From Leptolinea sp. UBA4782 (lineage in GTDB: Bacteria > Chloroflexota > Anaerolineae > Anaerolineales > Anaerolineaceae): a stretch of 64,000 nt of DNA. The first letter of the stretch is position 1; every line of letters starts with the position of its first letter. Below, piece after piece: positions 44,544-54,220 of this stretch. The notes below the pieces were generated by a model, which made no database searches, was not told the DNA's origin, and was given only the letters and a program-made list of their open reading frames with translations. The translations under genes and the position numbers were made by a program. Location of the stretch: the NCBI GenBank assembly GCA_002403095.1, contig DHHC01000021.1, positions 1,732-65,731 on the forward strand. The letters are read 5' to 3'.

Positions 44544-44882
44544 CTATCCCCTCACAAAATGGGGCATATTATCCGGTATTTCCAGTGACAACTCAACCAG
44601 TCCGGCAAATTCGCCATCCTGGTACCACGGGCTTTGGTAGATCAGCTTATGTTTGCCTTTTTTCTCAATTGTGTATACATTCTTCTCAGCCTTAGCAAGC
44701 ATCTGCCTCAGCTTGGCCCGTGCCGGCTCGGGGTGGCAGTCCAACAGGTTGCTGCCAACCAGGTCGGCATCCCCTTCCTCGGTAAATGTGCTGCGGGATT
44801 TATCATTCATGTACAGAATGATGCCGTCACGGTCGCAAACCGTAACCGCTCCCGGAAATTCTTGCATCCAGTCAGTGTTCAT
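44544..44882 (-). CDS. Stand-alone PAS-domain protein
   Basis: 112 aa. VTVCDRDGIILYMNDKS....GSNLLDCHPE pattern of a PAS fold. Confidence 0.6.
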   Translation of the reverse strand: MNTDWMQEFPGAVTVCDRDGIILYMNDKSRSTFTEEGDADLVGSNLLDCHPEPARAKLRQMLAKAEKNVYTIEKKGKHKLIYQSPWYQDGEFAGLVELSLEIPDNMPHFVRG

Positions 44883-44958
44883 GGGTTGTCCTTGTTCTTG
44901 GGTTCAATGCGATGGTTTTTACAGTATACCGCAGGTGAATGAAAGAGGATTGTTGCCT

Positions 44959-45162
44959 CTAATGGTGTGCCTGGCGCGCTTCTCCCGGGCGCAGGGCAAT
45001 CAGCAGGATTGGGCCCAGTACCGGGATAACCAGGGCTACCAGACCCCAGAAAACATACCCTGCCGGGGGCAGTTCGCGTTTCCACAGGTAACCCAGCGCC
45101 ATGCCTGCCAGCAGGAGAATGACAGCGAAAAGGAATACTTTGATGACGGTTTCAGCGGGCAA
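44959..45162 (-). CDS. Small two-TM membrane protein (PLD N-terminal-domain-like)
   Basis: 67 aa with two hydrophobic helices separated by WKRELPPAG. TTG start with GGAG ~10 nt upstream. Confidence 0.45.
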   Translation of the reverse strand: MPAETVIKVFLFAVILLLAGMALGYLWKRELPPAGYVFWGLVALVIPVLGPILLIALRPGEARQAHH

Positions 45163-45245
45163 TCCAGGATCTCCGTTTGTTATTGTATGCCGGGATCAAG
45201 TTTTGGACAAGCCGGCAATCCAGCTTTCCTGGTTTTTGCTGCTTC

Positions 45246-46136
45246 TTACTGTTTCCTGCGCAGCAGCAGCGGTCCGGCCAAGTCCACTGCCCAGCCCGCG
45301 GCATTGTACAGGGCAGGCACAATCCCGATCCAGAAAGGCACATACACCACCTTGCGCGGCCGGCGAATCAAGCGGGCAACCGCTTTAGCCACCCGCTCGG
45401 CTGGTATGGCAAACCGTTCCGCCGGGATTCGCCGCCCGTTTGGGCTTTGCTCAGTGCGGTCGAAGAATTCGGTAATGATCGGACCGGGGCGCATCACGCT
45501 GACGGTCACCCCGCTCCCGCGCAGTTCACGGTAAAGGGAAATACTGAAGGTATCCAGGAATGATTTGGATGCGCTGTACATGACGGTTCCCTGGGTCGGC
45601 ATCTTTCCGATGATCGACCCAATGTTCACCACCAACCCGCTACCGCGGCTGACCATCCCGGGCAGGAAGCGGCGCGTCATGTGCATGACAGCCTCCACGT
45701 TGAGCTGGCACAGGCTGCGGGCGGTCTCCCATTTCATTTCATGGTAGTACCCGTACCAGGCTATCCCGGCATTATTGACCAGGACATCCGGTGTACCCCA
45801 TTCCCGGGTAACCTGATCAAATACGCTTTCCCGCTCTTCAAGACTGGTAAGGTCTGCCCGAATGAAGGCGGCTTCACCGTTCTTTGAACGGATTTCGTCC
45901 ACCAGGGATTCCAGTCTGTCCTGCCGGCGCGCCACCAGGATGACCATCAACCCCTCCTGCGCCAGACGCAGGGCAGTGGCAGCGCCTATCCCGCTGGATG
46001 CACCGGTGACCAGGGCGGTCTTTTGTGTTTCTCGGGTTTCTGGTATCACTTCCACATCAACTTCATTGTACGTCTTTAAGAAAAGCAGGTTATCAAAACT
46101 TGCAGTAAAACAAACAGCGCCTCCATGATAGTTCAT
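45246..46136 (-). CDS. Short-chain dehydrogenase/reductase (SDR)
   Basis: TALVTGASSGIG, NNAG and YSASK motifs. The N-terminal ~35 aa are uncertain. Confidence 0.8.
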   Translation of the reverse strand: MNYHGGAVCFTASFDNLLFLKTYNEVDVEVIPETRETQKTALVTGASSGIGAATALRLAQEGLMVILVARRQDRLESLVDEIRSKNGEAAFIRADLTSLEERESVFDQVTREWGTPDVLVNNAGIAWYGYYHEMKWETARSLCQLNVEAVMHMTRRFLPGMVSRGSGLVVNIGSIIGKMPTQGTVMYSASKSFLDTFSISLYRELRGSGVTVSVMRPGPIITEFFDRTEQSPNGRRIPAERFAIPAERVAKAVARLIRRPRKVVYVPFWIGIVPALYNAAGWAVDLAGPLLLRRKQ

Positions 46137-46161
46137 GGAGGCGCTCTATCAATTGTTTGAA

Positions 46162-47448
46162 TTATACCCAGCCGCGCAGCTGCATGGCCTTGACCACCTT
46201 GGCAATGGCTACCATATAGGCCGCATCGCGCATATATGCTTTGCGCTCGAGCGACATATCCAGCACACTCTTGAAGGCTTCGGTCATCTTGGTGTCCAGC
46301 TTTTCGAGGACCTCTTCTTTGGTCCAGTAGAAGTTCATATCGTTCTGCACGCCCTCAAAGTACGAAACCGTCACACCGCCGGCGTTGCACAGGAAATCGG
46401 GCACCACGAAGATGCCGCGGGATTTAATGACCTCGTCGGCTTCAGGGGTGGTGGGTCCGTTGGCGCCTTCAGCGATCAGTTTGACCTTCGGGCTGATCTT
46501 GTGGACGGTCTCTCCATTGATCTGCCCTTCCAGCGCAGCTGGGATGAGCACATCTACATCCTTGCTGATCCAGGCATCTCCTGGTTCGATCACATACCCG
46601 GCTTCGCGGGCTTTATCCTTGTTGATGCTGCCATACTGGTCAGTGATGGAGTGCAGGAAGTGCGGGTCGATGCCGTCTTCCTTCGAAACAGTATAGCTTA
46701 CCCGGTCTTCGCGGTCCCAGTAGGATACACAAACCACAGTCCCTTTGAGTTTTTCAATAAACCCGATGGCTGCATACTGGGCAACATTGCCAAAACCCTG
46801 GATGGCTGCCTTGCATTTGGAAGCATCGATCTTGAGGTGTTTTAACGCCTCGCGCACGGTGAAAATTACTCCGTACCCGGTGGCTTCTGTGCGTCCGAGC
46901 GAGCCGCCGCCGCCAACTGGTTTGCCGGTGATCACGCCGGGAGTGTACTTCCCGCTGAGTTTGGAATACTCGTCCATCATCCAGCCCATCATCTGCGGGG
47001 TGGTGCCGACGTCAGGCGCAGGCACATCGTTGCGCGGGCCAATGTTCTTCCAGATCACCTGGATATAACCGCGCACCAGGCGTTCTTTTTCTGAATCTGA
47101 CAAGGTGGCAGGATCCACTACCACGCCGCCTTTGCCGCCCCCCAGCGGAATATCGGCGACAGCGCATTTCCAGGTCATCCAGGTTGCCAGGGCACGGACG
47201 GTGTCCACTGTCTCGGCTGGATGAAAACGGATGCCGCCTTTATTGGGTCCGCGGGCATCGTTGTGCTGAACGCGGAAGCCCTGGAAGACGCGGATGCTGC
47301 CGTCATCCATGCGGACAGGGATGCGGAAGTGGTATTCGCGCATCGGCCAGCGCAGCATTTCGCAGACTTGCGGATCAAGCTGCAGCATTTCTGCAACATG
47401 ATCAAATTGCGCTTGCGCCATTTCAAATGCATTGGTTGTTGATGCCAT
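46162..47448 (-). CDS. gdhA: Glutamate dehydrogenase (Glu/Leu/Phe/Val dehydrogenase family)
   Basis: 428 aa. NKGGIRFHP, PLGGGKGG and GFGNVA motifs. AGGAG RBS. Confidence 0.9.
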   Translation of the reverse strand: MASTTNAFEMAQAQFDHVAEMLQLDPQVCEMLRWPMREYHFRIPVRMDDGSIRVFQGFRVQHNDARGPNKGGIRFHPAETVDTVRALATWMTWKCAVADIPLGGGKGGVVVDPATLSDSEKERLVRGYIQVIWKNIGPRNDVPAPDVGTTPQMMGWMMDEYSKLSGKYTPGVITGKPVGGGGSLGRTEATGYGVIFTVREALKHLKIDASKCKAAIQGFGNVAQYAAIGFIEKLKGTVVCVSYWDREDRVSYTVSKEDGIDPHFLHSITDQYGSINKDKAREAGYVIEPGDAWISKDVDVLIPAALEGQINGETVHKISPKVKLIAEGANGPTTPEADEVIKSRGIFVVPDFLCNAGGVTVSYFEGVQNDMNFYWTKEEVLEKLDTKMTEAFKSVLDMSLERKAYMRDAAYMVAIAKVVKAMQLRGWV

Positions 47449-47520
47449 TCATTCACTCCTGAACATAAGGTGATTTCTGGATTCATTGCAAGGAAATAAC
47501 TGGCTGATGAAAAGATGATA

Positions 47521-47545
47521 AGCGGGCACCACGGTGGTGCCCGCT
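47521..47545 (-). terminator. Intrinsic terminator after 47713..48144
   Basis: Perfect 10-bp stem AGCGGGCACC / GGTGCCCGCT with a 4-5-nt loop. The minus strand continues TATCATCTTTTC. Confidence 0.6.
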
Positions 47546-47712
47546 CTATTCTTTCAGCCGGATAAACCCTGCAAAAGAACCTCCCTGAGCCTTTGCTCTG
47601 CATTAAGGGTAGCAAAGTTGAAGGCGTGAGTCAATATGATGAAAGTCGGATTTAGGGGGTGTAGAAAGGAAGGATGTTTTTAATACAAACGAGATAGATA
47701 TTCAACCCAGGT

Positions 47713-48144
47713 TTACTTGCATTTAACCTGGACTGCATTGCTGACCGGGTAGTACTGCCCGGCGTACCAGGCTTTCAATTGAATGCTGTACCTGCCTGGA
47801 GAGAAATAGCGGTATTCAAATTCATCTTCAGCATCCCGTTCCAGCACAATTTGATCAGTTCCGAGGTCAGTCACCACCCAGGTGAGCATGCGCACAGGAG
47901 TATACCCCTCCACCTCAGTCCTGGCCACACTGCACCCGTCAACCTTTACCGTGATCTCGGCATACGCATCAGGCGCCGCCTCCGGGATTGCTGTTTCCTG
48001 CACCACAGAGCGGAACGAAAAGACAGCTGCGGCTGCAGCGGCAACACACAGGCACACCAGAACCAGGGCACCAATGCCAACGATAAGCAGGGTTTTCCCC
48101 TGTTTGCTTTTTTCTGGAGGATTAGCGGTTGCTGAAGTTGTCAT
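47713..48144 (-). CDS. Hypothetical membrane-anchored protein with Ig/PKD-like beta domain
   Basis: N-terminal TM segment (LLIVGIGALVLVCLCVAAAAAAVF) and a beta-rich C-terminus. No family recognised. Confidence 0.5.
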   Translation of the reverse strand: MTTSATANPPEKSKQGKTLLIVGIGALVLVCLCVAAAAAAVFSFRSVVQETAIPEAAPDAYAEITVKVDGCSVARTEVEGYTPVRMLTWVVTDLGTDQIVLERDAEDEFEYRYFSPGRYSIQLKAWYAGQYYPVSNAVQVKCK

Positions 48145-48167
48145 AAGTGGGAAGTTCTTGTTCCATA

Positions 48168-49643
48168 CTAAAATTCAGGCCGTCTGGTATGCCAGTCTGT
48201 AAAAAGCTGATAGGTATGAGCAGCCTGCAGCAGAGTCTGCTCGTCAAAATGGCGCCCCATCAGCTGCATCCCAATCGGGAGCCCTTCCCCGTCAAACCCA
48301 ACCGGGAAGGCCAGCCCGGGCACCCCTGCCAGGTTGGCCGGAAGGGTGAACACATCCTCCAGGTACATCGCCAGCGGGTCTTCATTATGTTCGCCGATTT
48401 TGAAAGCGGTGCTCGGGGTGACGGGTGCAGCGATTACATCCACCTGTTCAAAGGCTTTCTCAAAATCCTGCTTGATCAGGGTGCGCACTTTTTGCGCCTG
48501 CCCGTAGTAGGCATCATAATACCCGGCTGATAGCGCATAGGTCCCCAGCATGATGCGCCGTTTTACCTCCGGCCCAAACCCTGCCCCGCGGCTCTTGCGG
48601 GTAAGGGCGGTCATATTCGGGTCATCCACCCGCAACCCAAAACGCACACCGTCATACCGTGCCAGGTTGGCAGACGCCTCAGCCGGGGCGATCAGGTAGT
48701 ACACCGGCAGGGCGTATTTTGTATGCGGCAGGGATATCTCAACAACTTCAGCGCCCAGGCCTTGCATGGCAGTAATGGCATTCCTGACTGCCTGCTCCAC
48801 CTCATGCTGTATGCCGGTGATGAAGTATTGCTCCGGTACACCAATCCGCAGCCCGCGCATATCACGTTTATCCTGCAGGCTGTACCGCGGCACAGGCACA
48901 TCCATGGCTGATGCATCCAGAGGATCATACCCTGCCATGTGCTGGAAAAGCATGGCTGCATCTGCCGCGCTGCGCGCCAGGACCCCCACGCTGTCCAGTG
49001 ATGAACCGTAAGCAATCAATCCATAGCGCGGCACCCTGCCGTAGGTCGGCTTTAACCCTGTAACGCCGCAAAAAGCTGCCGGCTGGCGTACGCTTCCGCC
49101 CGTATCTGTACCCAGCGCCAGGGGAGCCATTGCACTCGCTACCGCCGCTGCTGAACCGCCGCTTGAACCGCCCGGGACGCGGGTCAAATTCCACGGGTTG
49201 CGGGTAATCTGGTAGGCCGAATTCTCGGTTGACGAACCCATCGCAAACTCATCGGTATTGGTCTTGCCCAGCGTGACCACCCCGGCATCCAGCAAGCGCT
49301 GGACCGCTGTTGCAGAATAAGGGGGAATGAAATTCTCGAGGATGCGCGATCCGCAGGTTGTGCGCACCCCTCTCTGGCAAAGCAGGTCCTTGATCACTAT
49401 GGGCAGCCCGGTAAGGGGTGGAAGGAGTCTGGCTGTATCTTTACGCCACTCAAAGAGCACCTGGTCTGCCAGGTCCGCCTGCTGCAATGCCAGATCAGGT
49501 GTCAAGGTCAGGAAAGCCTGCAGCTTTGGCTCAAGTGCATCAATCCGTTCCAGGTATGCCCTGGTAAGCGCGCGGCTGGAAACCTCGCCTTTTCGCAGCG
49601 CCTGGCACAGTTCAACAGCAGAAAGTGTACAAACATTCCCCAT
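48168..49643 (-). CDS. gatA: Glu-tRNA(Gln)/Asp-tRNA(Asn) amidotransferase subunit A
   Basis: 491 aa. Amidase signature GGSSGGSAAAVA; collinear with GatA. Confidence 0.95.
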   Translation of the reverse strand: MGNVCTLSAVELCQALRKGEVSSRALTRAYLERIDALEPKLQAFLTLTPDLALQQADLADQVLFEWRKDTARLLPPLTGLPIVIKDLLCQRGVRTTCGSRILENFIPPYSATAVQRLLDAGVVTLGKTNTDEFAMGSSTENSAYQITRNPWNLTRVPGGSSGGSAAAVASAMAPLALGTDTGGSVRQPAAFCGVTGLKPTYGRVPRYGLIAYGSSLDSVGVLARSAADAAMLFQHMAGYDPLDASAMDVPVPRYSLQDKRDMRGLRIGVPEQYFITGIQHEVEQAVRNAITAMQGLGAEVVEISLPHTKYALPVYYLIAPAEASANLARYDGVRFGLRVDDPNMTALTRKSRGAGFGPEVKRRIMLGTYALSAGYYDAYYGQAQKVRTLIKQDFEKAFEQVDVIAAPVTPSTAFKIGEHNEDPLAMYLEDVFTLPANLAGVPGLAFPVGFDGEGLPIGMQLMGRHFDEQTLLQAAHTYQLFTDWHTRRPEF

Positions 49644-49646
49644 GGG

Positions 49647-49931
49647 CTATTCAATCGCCGGGGGAACCCGGAATTGTTTCTGATCCACGCGGGGGGCATT
49701 CCGCAGTACGTCATCCAGGCTCAGACCTGGGCGGGGCTCATCCGGCCGCAAAACACCGTGCGGCGGCAGCACACTGGATGTCGGGGCGATCTCGCTGGTA
49801 TCCAGTTCCTGCAGGCTGGCTGCATATTCCAGGATGGCAGAAAGCTGCCGGCGGTAGAGCTCGGTTTCTTCTGCGCTTAGTTCCAGGCGTGCCAGCGCAG
49901 CGATATGTTCCACTTCTTCACGGGTCAGCAT
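49647..49931 (-). CDS. gatC: Glu-tRNA(Gln)/Asp-tRNA(Asn) amidotransferase subunit C
   Basis: MLTREEVEHIAALARLELS..EE is the canonical GatC start. Its stop is 3 nt before the gatA ATG. Confidence 0.9.
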   Translation of the reverse strand: MLTREEVEHIAALARLELSAEETELYRRQLSAILEYAASLQELDTSEIAPTSSVLPPHGVLRPDEPRPGLSLDDVLRNAPRVDQKQFRVPPAIE

Positions 49932-49941
49932 TATGATGTGC

Positions 49942-49950
49942 ATTATATCA
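49942..49950 (-). promoter_or_regulatory. Extended -10 element TGATATAAT upstream of gatC (very short or absent 5' UTR)
   Basis: Minus strand TGATATAAT. The -10 ends 10 nt before the gatC ATG (49931). No SD sequence. It lies just downstream of terminator 49976..50005. Confidence 0.4.
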
Positions 49951-49975
49951 AAGAGATTCGGGCAGGCTGGAGATA

Positions 49976-50005
49976 TAAAAAGCGGCAGCCAGGCAGCCGC
50001 CGCTT
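49976..50005 (-). terminator. Intrinsic terminator after 50025..50681
   Basis: Minus strand AAGCGGCGGC-TGCCTG-GCTGCCGCTT (10 bp including one G.U), followed by TTTTAT. Confidence 0.65.
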
Positions 50006-50024
50006 ATTCCGCTTAACAACCAGG

Positions 50025-50681
50025 CTAGACTACTTTGGTCTCGCGTGCATCCAAAATTTCGACAATAAAGGGGGCGATTGCTTCCTTTAGAACATCCATG
50101 CTTACACCGGAGACTTTCATCATCATTTCCCCGATCCCGCTCTGGCTGCCGGTAAAGGTTCCCATGGTGATGATATCTCCCCCGATCTCGCTGACGGCAT
50201 GGCTGAGTTTGGCCAGCTGGCCAGGTTTGTTGGCGATCAGGAAGGAAAGGCGGATGCCGCTTTGCCGGGCACCCATCATCTCTAAGAAAACTTTGAAAAT
50301 GTCCGACTCAGTCAGCATTCCCACCACTTTGTTTCCGCGTACTACAGGCAGACCGCTGACTTTTTTATCTGCCATGATGCGGGCAGCTTCCTCCAGCAGA
50401 ACGTCTTCCGTCAGGGTGATCATTTGCCGGGTCATAACCTTTTCCACCGGTAAGGTGCTCATCAGGCTCTTGATCTCCCATTTATCCAGCAGAGTCGCTT
50501 CAGAGGGCGAGGCTTTGATCAGGTCCTGTTCAGTAACGATACCAACCAGGCTGCCATCTCTATCCACCACCGGCAGGCGGCGGACGTGCTCCTTTTCCAT
50601 GATGGACAGGGCATCATCCAGGGATGTTTCCGGTGATATGGTGTAAACAGGTTTACTCATGCGGTTACCAACTAACATCAT
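50025..50681 (-). CDS. CBS-pair plus ACT domain protein (AcuB-like)
   Basis: Two CBS motifs (VRRLPVVD..G.LVGIVT..DL; VSGLPVV.G.KVVGMLTESD) and a C-terminal ACT-like segment. Confidence 0.8.
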   Translation of the reverse strand: MMLVGNRMSKPVYTISPETSLDDALSIMEKEHVRRLPVVDRDGSLVGIVTEQDLIKASPSEATLLDKWEIKSLMSTLPVEKVMTRQMITLTEDVLLEEAARIMADKKVSGLPVVRGNKVVGMLTESDIFKVFLEMMGARQSGIRLSFLIANKPGQLAKLSHAVSEIGGDIITMGTFTGSQSGIGEMMMKVSGVSMDVLKEAIAPFIVEILDARETKVV

Positions 50682-50790
50682 GACCTCTTTTCTGTGTTCT
50701 ACAGCCAGGATTATGGTTTAAATATACTATGAATATTAGCAGTCTTTTTACAGAAGGCAATAGGGGAATTTTACTAAATTTCTGCTGTGC

Positions 50791-51687
50791 TTATGGCGAT
50801 AGCACTTCACCGTACCAGAGCAGGTAGTCCCTTACATGTGCCGACCAGTATTCATCAGCATGCACTCCCGGCTGCACCACCCACTCATGCGGGATCTCCA
50901 GCCGGTTTAATAACGCATCAAAATCCCTGGCGTTCCTGTACTCTACATCTTCGGCGCCAATATCCATGTACAGCTTGGGCATCGAACCGGGAGGGATAGT
51001 TCTGATCCACTCCGCCAGCGGGAGGAATGGCAGCGGCATGCTGTGCAGCCCGGCAACACCAAACACCTCCCAGCGGGTGAAGACCAGGCGCGCCGCCCAG
51101 CCAGCCCCGCGCGAAAGTCCCCCAATTGCAGTGCATTCCCTCTCCTGGCACAGGTTGTACTGGCTGTGAAGATATGGCAGCAACTCATCGACCAGAACTT
51201 CCGCAAAGGTCGTTTCTGCGTAAGATTTAGTGTTGTAATACTCTTCCGGTAAGATAATGACCAGGGGGTCAATTTTCCCATCTGCTATCAGGTCATCTGC
51301 TGCTTCCAGCAAGCCCAGGTCTTCCCACTGGCTACCTTTGCCAGTCAATCCATGCAGCATTACCAGGACAGGATAAGGCGTTTTACGGTCAGGATCGTAA
51401 CCCGGCGGCAGATAAACCCGGGTTATGATGTCTTTGGGATAGTTGCTGCTTTCGAAAAAGAGGACTTCCACCCTGTTGGTCGTAACAACCGGCCGGGAGG
51501 GAGAAGGGGATGGTGTCGCTGGCGGCACGGTAACGGTTGGTGTTGGTGGATTACCTGTTTCTGTCGCTGGTATTTTTACTTCAGCTTCAGGCTGAATGAA
51601 TCCAGAGCATCCTATGAGAACCGCAAGGAGCAGAAGAACGGCGAAGATCCGTAATGCATTTTTCTTTCGGACCAATAAGGAGTTCAT
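50791..51687 (-). CDS. Secreted alpha/beta-hydrolase esterase (esterase D / enterochelin esterase-like) lipoprotein
   Basis: The ATG at 51687 gives MNSLLVRKKNALRIFAVLLLLAVLIGC (lipobox). PVLVMLHG and GGLSRG (GxSxG nucleophile elbow). Confidence 0.75.
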   Translation of the reverse strand: MNSLLVRKKNALRIFAVLLLLAVLIGCSGFIQPEAEVKIPATETGNPPTPTVTVPPATPSPSPSRPVVTTNRVEVLFFESSNYPKDIITRVYLPPGYDPDRKTPYPVLVMLHGLTGKGSQWEDLGLLEAADDLIADGKIDPLVIILPEEYYNTKSYAETTFAEVLVDELLPYLHSQYNLCQERECTAIGGLSRGAGWAARLVFTRWEVFGVAGLHSMPLPFLPLAEWIRTIPPGSMPKLYMDIGAEDVEYRNARDFDALLNRLEIPHEWVVQPGVHADEYWSAHVRDYLLWYGEVLSP

Positions 51688-51733
51688 CAAACGCCCGCCG
51701 GATCACTGCCTTGTTTTTTTGAAAATATAGTCC

Positions 51734-51763
51734 TTGACGCCTTAACGTCATTCCGATTATACT
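51734..51763 (+). promoter_or_regulatory. Promoter of tRNA-Pro: TTGACG-18-TATACT
   Basis: TTGACG 51734..51739 and TATACT 51758..51763. The mature tRNA 5' end lies 9 nt downstream. Confidence 0.6.
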
Positions 51764-51771
51764 CGATGGGT

Positions 51772-51844
51772 CGGGGTGTAGCGCAGTTGGTAGCGCACCG
51801 TGTTTGGGACGCGGGGGTCGGCGGTTCGAGTCCGCCCACCCCGA
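51772..51844 (+). tRNA. tRNA-Pro (anticodon UGG), CCA not encoded
   Basis: Hand-folded. Acceptor CGGGGTG/CACCCCG, D arm GCGC-AGTTGGTA-GCGC, anticodon arm CCGTG-TTTGGGA-CGCGG, variable loop GGGTC, T arm GGCGG-TTCGAGT-CCGCC, discriminator A. C1-G72, G37 and A73 fit bacterial tRNA-Pro. Confidence 0.9.
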
Positions 51845-51909
51845 CTGGACAGCCGCCGGATCATTTCCGGCGGTTTGGTATAACAGGGAATATAATTACC
51901 ATAACCATC

Positions 51910-52632
51910 ATGGAAACCCCTTTCCTTTCCCTTATTTTTCCTGCCCATAATGAAGAAGAACGCCTGCCGCAAACGCTGGAGGTGGTTGACCGCTTTCTCA
52001 AACAGCAGCCTTACACGGCCGAAGTGATCGTGGTGGAAAACGGCAGCAGCGACCGCACACTCGAGCTGGCAAATGAATACCGATCGAGGATGCCCGCGCT
52101 GAAAGTGCTGCATGAAGATGGGCGAGGCAAAGGGCTGGCTATCAGGCGCGGTATGCTGGAGGCCTGCGGGGAATACCGCTTCTTCCTGGATGTGGACCTT
52201 TCCATGCCGGTCGAACAGGTCAACCGTTTTCTCCCGCCTGAGCTGCCGGAAGTGCAGATCGCGATCGCCTCGCGCGAGGGCAAAGGTGCTGAACGTTTCA
52301 ATGAACCTGCCTACCGGCACTGGATCGGGCGCGGTTTCAACGCCCTGGTGCGGCTTATGGCTTTACCCCGCCTGCACGATTCACAATGCGGCTTTAAGTG
52401 CTTCCGGGGCGACATTGCAGATGTGCTCTTTCCCATGCAAACCATCATGGGTTGGACTTTTGATGTCGAGATCCTGTACATCGCCCTCATGAAGGGTTAC
52501 CGGGTGACCGAGATTCCCATCCCCTGGTACCACAACCCTAAAAGCAAGGTGCGGGTCTGGAGGGATTCGATCCAGATGGCACGCGACCTGCTGTCCATCC
52601 GCCGCAATGCCCGCCGCGGGCTGTATGGCTAG
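51910..52632 (+). CDS. Family 2 glycosyltransferase (polyprenyl-phosphate glycosyltransferase-like)
   Basis: The track ORF 51766..52632 reads through the tRNA. The real start is ATG 51910 (METPFLSLIFPAHNEEERL). VENGSSD and DVD (DxD) motifs. Confidence 0.8.
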   Translation: METPFLSLIFPAHNEEERLPQTLEVVDRFLKQQPYTAEVIVVENGSSDRTLELANEYRSRMPALKVLHEDGRGKGLAIRRGMLEACGEYRFFLDVDLSMPVEQVNRFLPPELPEVQIAIASREGKGAERFNEPAYRHWIGRGFNALVRLMALPRLHDSQCGFKCFRGDIADVLFPMQTIMGWTFDVEILYIALMKGYRVTEIPIPWYHNPKSKVRVWRDSIQMARDLLSIRRNARRGLYG

Positions 52633-52661
52633 CCCAGTCTCTGCTTTCAGATATTCAAAAA

Positions 52662-53315
52662 ATGGCACATCATATCCAACCAGACCTGCGGTATGAAATC
52701 CCCTTCTGGCAGGCCGGGCTGCTGCAAATCTGCGGGATCGATGAAGCCGGCAGGGGTGCACTGGCCGGTGCGGTGTTTGCGGCTGCTGTCATCCTTCCGG
52801 CAGATGTTCAGGTATTGCAGGCGCTGCCGGGCGTGCGTGACTCAAAACAAATGACGCCTGCCCAGCGCGAGGCCTGGGAGAGTAAGATCAAAGATACATC
52901 CCTTGCCTGGGGAGTGGGGAATGCAACAAACCAGGAGATTGACGCCTTCGGCATCCTGCCTGCCACCCGCCTGGCCATGCAGCGCGCTGTAGAAGCCCTG
53001 CAAATTACCCCTAATCACCTGTTGATCGATGCGGTCATCCTCCGCCAGGTCGATATCCCCCAATCTGCGCTGATTAAAGGGGATGTGCACTGCCTGAGCA
53101 TCGCCTGTGCATCTGTGCTGGCAAAAACGGCCCGCGACCGCGAGATGACCGGATTGGATGCGCTTTATCCCTTGTATGGATTTGCCCGCCACAAAGGCTA
53201 CGGAACACTGCAGCACCGGAACGCATTGAAACACTTCGGCGCCTGCACCCTGCACCGTATGAGCTATGAACCTGTGCGGTTAAGTTTACCGGAAAACCAA
53301 TCCTGCCCTGATTAA
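52662..53315 (+). CDS. rnhB: Ribonuclease HII
   Basis: GIDEAGRGALAGAV, DSKQM and KGD motifs. 217 aa. Confidence 0.9.
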   Translation: MAHHIQPDLRYEIPFWQAGLLQICGIDEAGRGALAGAVFAAAVILPADVQVLQALPGVRDSKQMTPAQREAWESKIKDTSLAWGVGNATNQEIDAFGILPATRLAMQRAVEALQITPNHLLIDAVILRQVDIPQSALIKGDVHCLSIACASVLAKTARDREMTGLDALYPLYGFARHKGYGTLQHRNALKHFGACTLHRMSYEPVRLSLPENQSCPD

Positions 53316-53318
53316 ACC

Positions 53319-54116
53319 TTACTTCATCCAGCCCTGCAGGCTGTACACTGCCATACCGATATATTCTTTCATCACATTGGTGGTAAGGGCGATGTTCCCG
53401 CTTGAAGGAACCAGCCCAGTCAGGATAGACTCAAAACTGCTGGACCACAACGCCTCCCAGCCTTGCTGGGTTACAGTGTAATCTGCTGGGGCAGGGATAA
53501 CGGTGATGCCCTGAGCCTCAAATAACGGGACAGAGCGCGGCATATGCATGGCGGAAGTGATCAACAGCACTGTATCTACATCATGGTCCCGCAGGATCTC
53601 TGCACTGAAGAGGGCGTTCTCGTAGGTATTTAATGAATCCGGTTCGATCCACATGGCGCTTTCCGGGACACCCATCAGCACCAGGATCTCTTTCATTTCC
53701 TCCGCCGGCGAGAGCCGTTCGCTGCCAGCCCAGGGGATGTACCCGCCCGTCAGCAGGATGGTGTCAATCTTTCCCTGCTTGTAGAGGTTCGCAGCATACA
53801 GCACCCGGTCCCCGGCGCTGTTCAACTCGACCATCGTGCGCGGGTATTGCATTGATTCAGTCCCTCCGCTCAGTAAAACCGCCACCCTGGTATCAAGGAA
53901 TTCTGCCGGCGGGAAGTAGCGCCATTCAAGTGAGCGCGCCAGGCTCATTGCCACCCAGCGGTTGCCGCTCAGGTAAATCAGCAACAGGGCAAAGATGATC
54001 AGCCCGTTGCGCAGCCGTTTCTTGTTGCGCAGGATGAGCGCCAGGGTGAGCAGAATGAAGGTCAAACCAACCGGGTAGATGAAATTGGGCAGAAATTTGG
54101 ATAAAAAGACAAACAT
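53319..54116 (-). CDS. DUF218 / YdcF-ElyC-SanA family membrane protein
   Basis: N-terminal TM helices. VLLSGG...ILLTGG...LLITSAMHMPRS is the DUF218 pattern. Confidence 0.7.
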   Translation of the reverse strand: MFVFLSKFLPNFIYPVGLTFILLTLALILRNKKRLRNGLIIFALLLIYLSGNRWVAMSLARSLEWRYFPPAEFLDTRVAVLLSGGTESMQYPRTMVELNSAGDRVLYAANLYKQGKIDTILLTGGYIPWAGSERLSPAEEMKEILVLMGVPESAMWIEPDSLNTYENALFSAEILRDHDVDTVLLITSAMHMPRSVPLFEAQGITVIPAPADYTVTQQGWEALWSSSFESILTGLVPSSGNIALTTNVMKEYIGMAVYSLQGWMK

Positions 54117-54165
54117 AGTTGTATTCTATCCGAAAAATCCGCTGTTAAAGCTGGAAAATCTACAC

Positions 54166-54202
54166 TTGACTGGTCTTCACTTATATCGTATATTTACGAT
54201 AT
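54166..54202 (+). promoter_or_regulatory. arsR promoter (TTGACT-17-TATATT) with overlapping perfect palindrome ATATCGTA-TATT-TACGATAT (candidate ArsR operator)
   Basis: -35 at 54166..54171, -10 at 54189..54194, inverted repeat at 54183..54202. All read directly. Confidence 0.6.
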
Positions 54203-54220
54203 AAAGAAACCATACAAACT

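Noticed and set aside
44653-46845. Plus-strand ORFs 44653..45534 (293 aa) and 46135..46845 (236 aa)
   Set aside because: They are antisense to the PAS, small membrane, SDR and glutamate dehydrogenase genes, and their composition is typical of shadow frames.
51766-51909. N-terminal 48 codons of track ORF 51766..52632, and minus-strand ORF 51757..52320
   Set aside because: This stretch is the tRNA-Pro gene and its flank. The glycosyltransferase starts at ATG 51910. The minus-strand ORF is antisense to the GT2 gene and reads through the tRNA.
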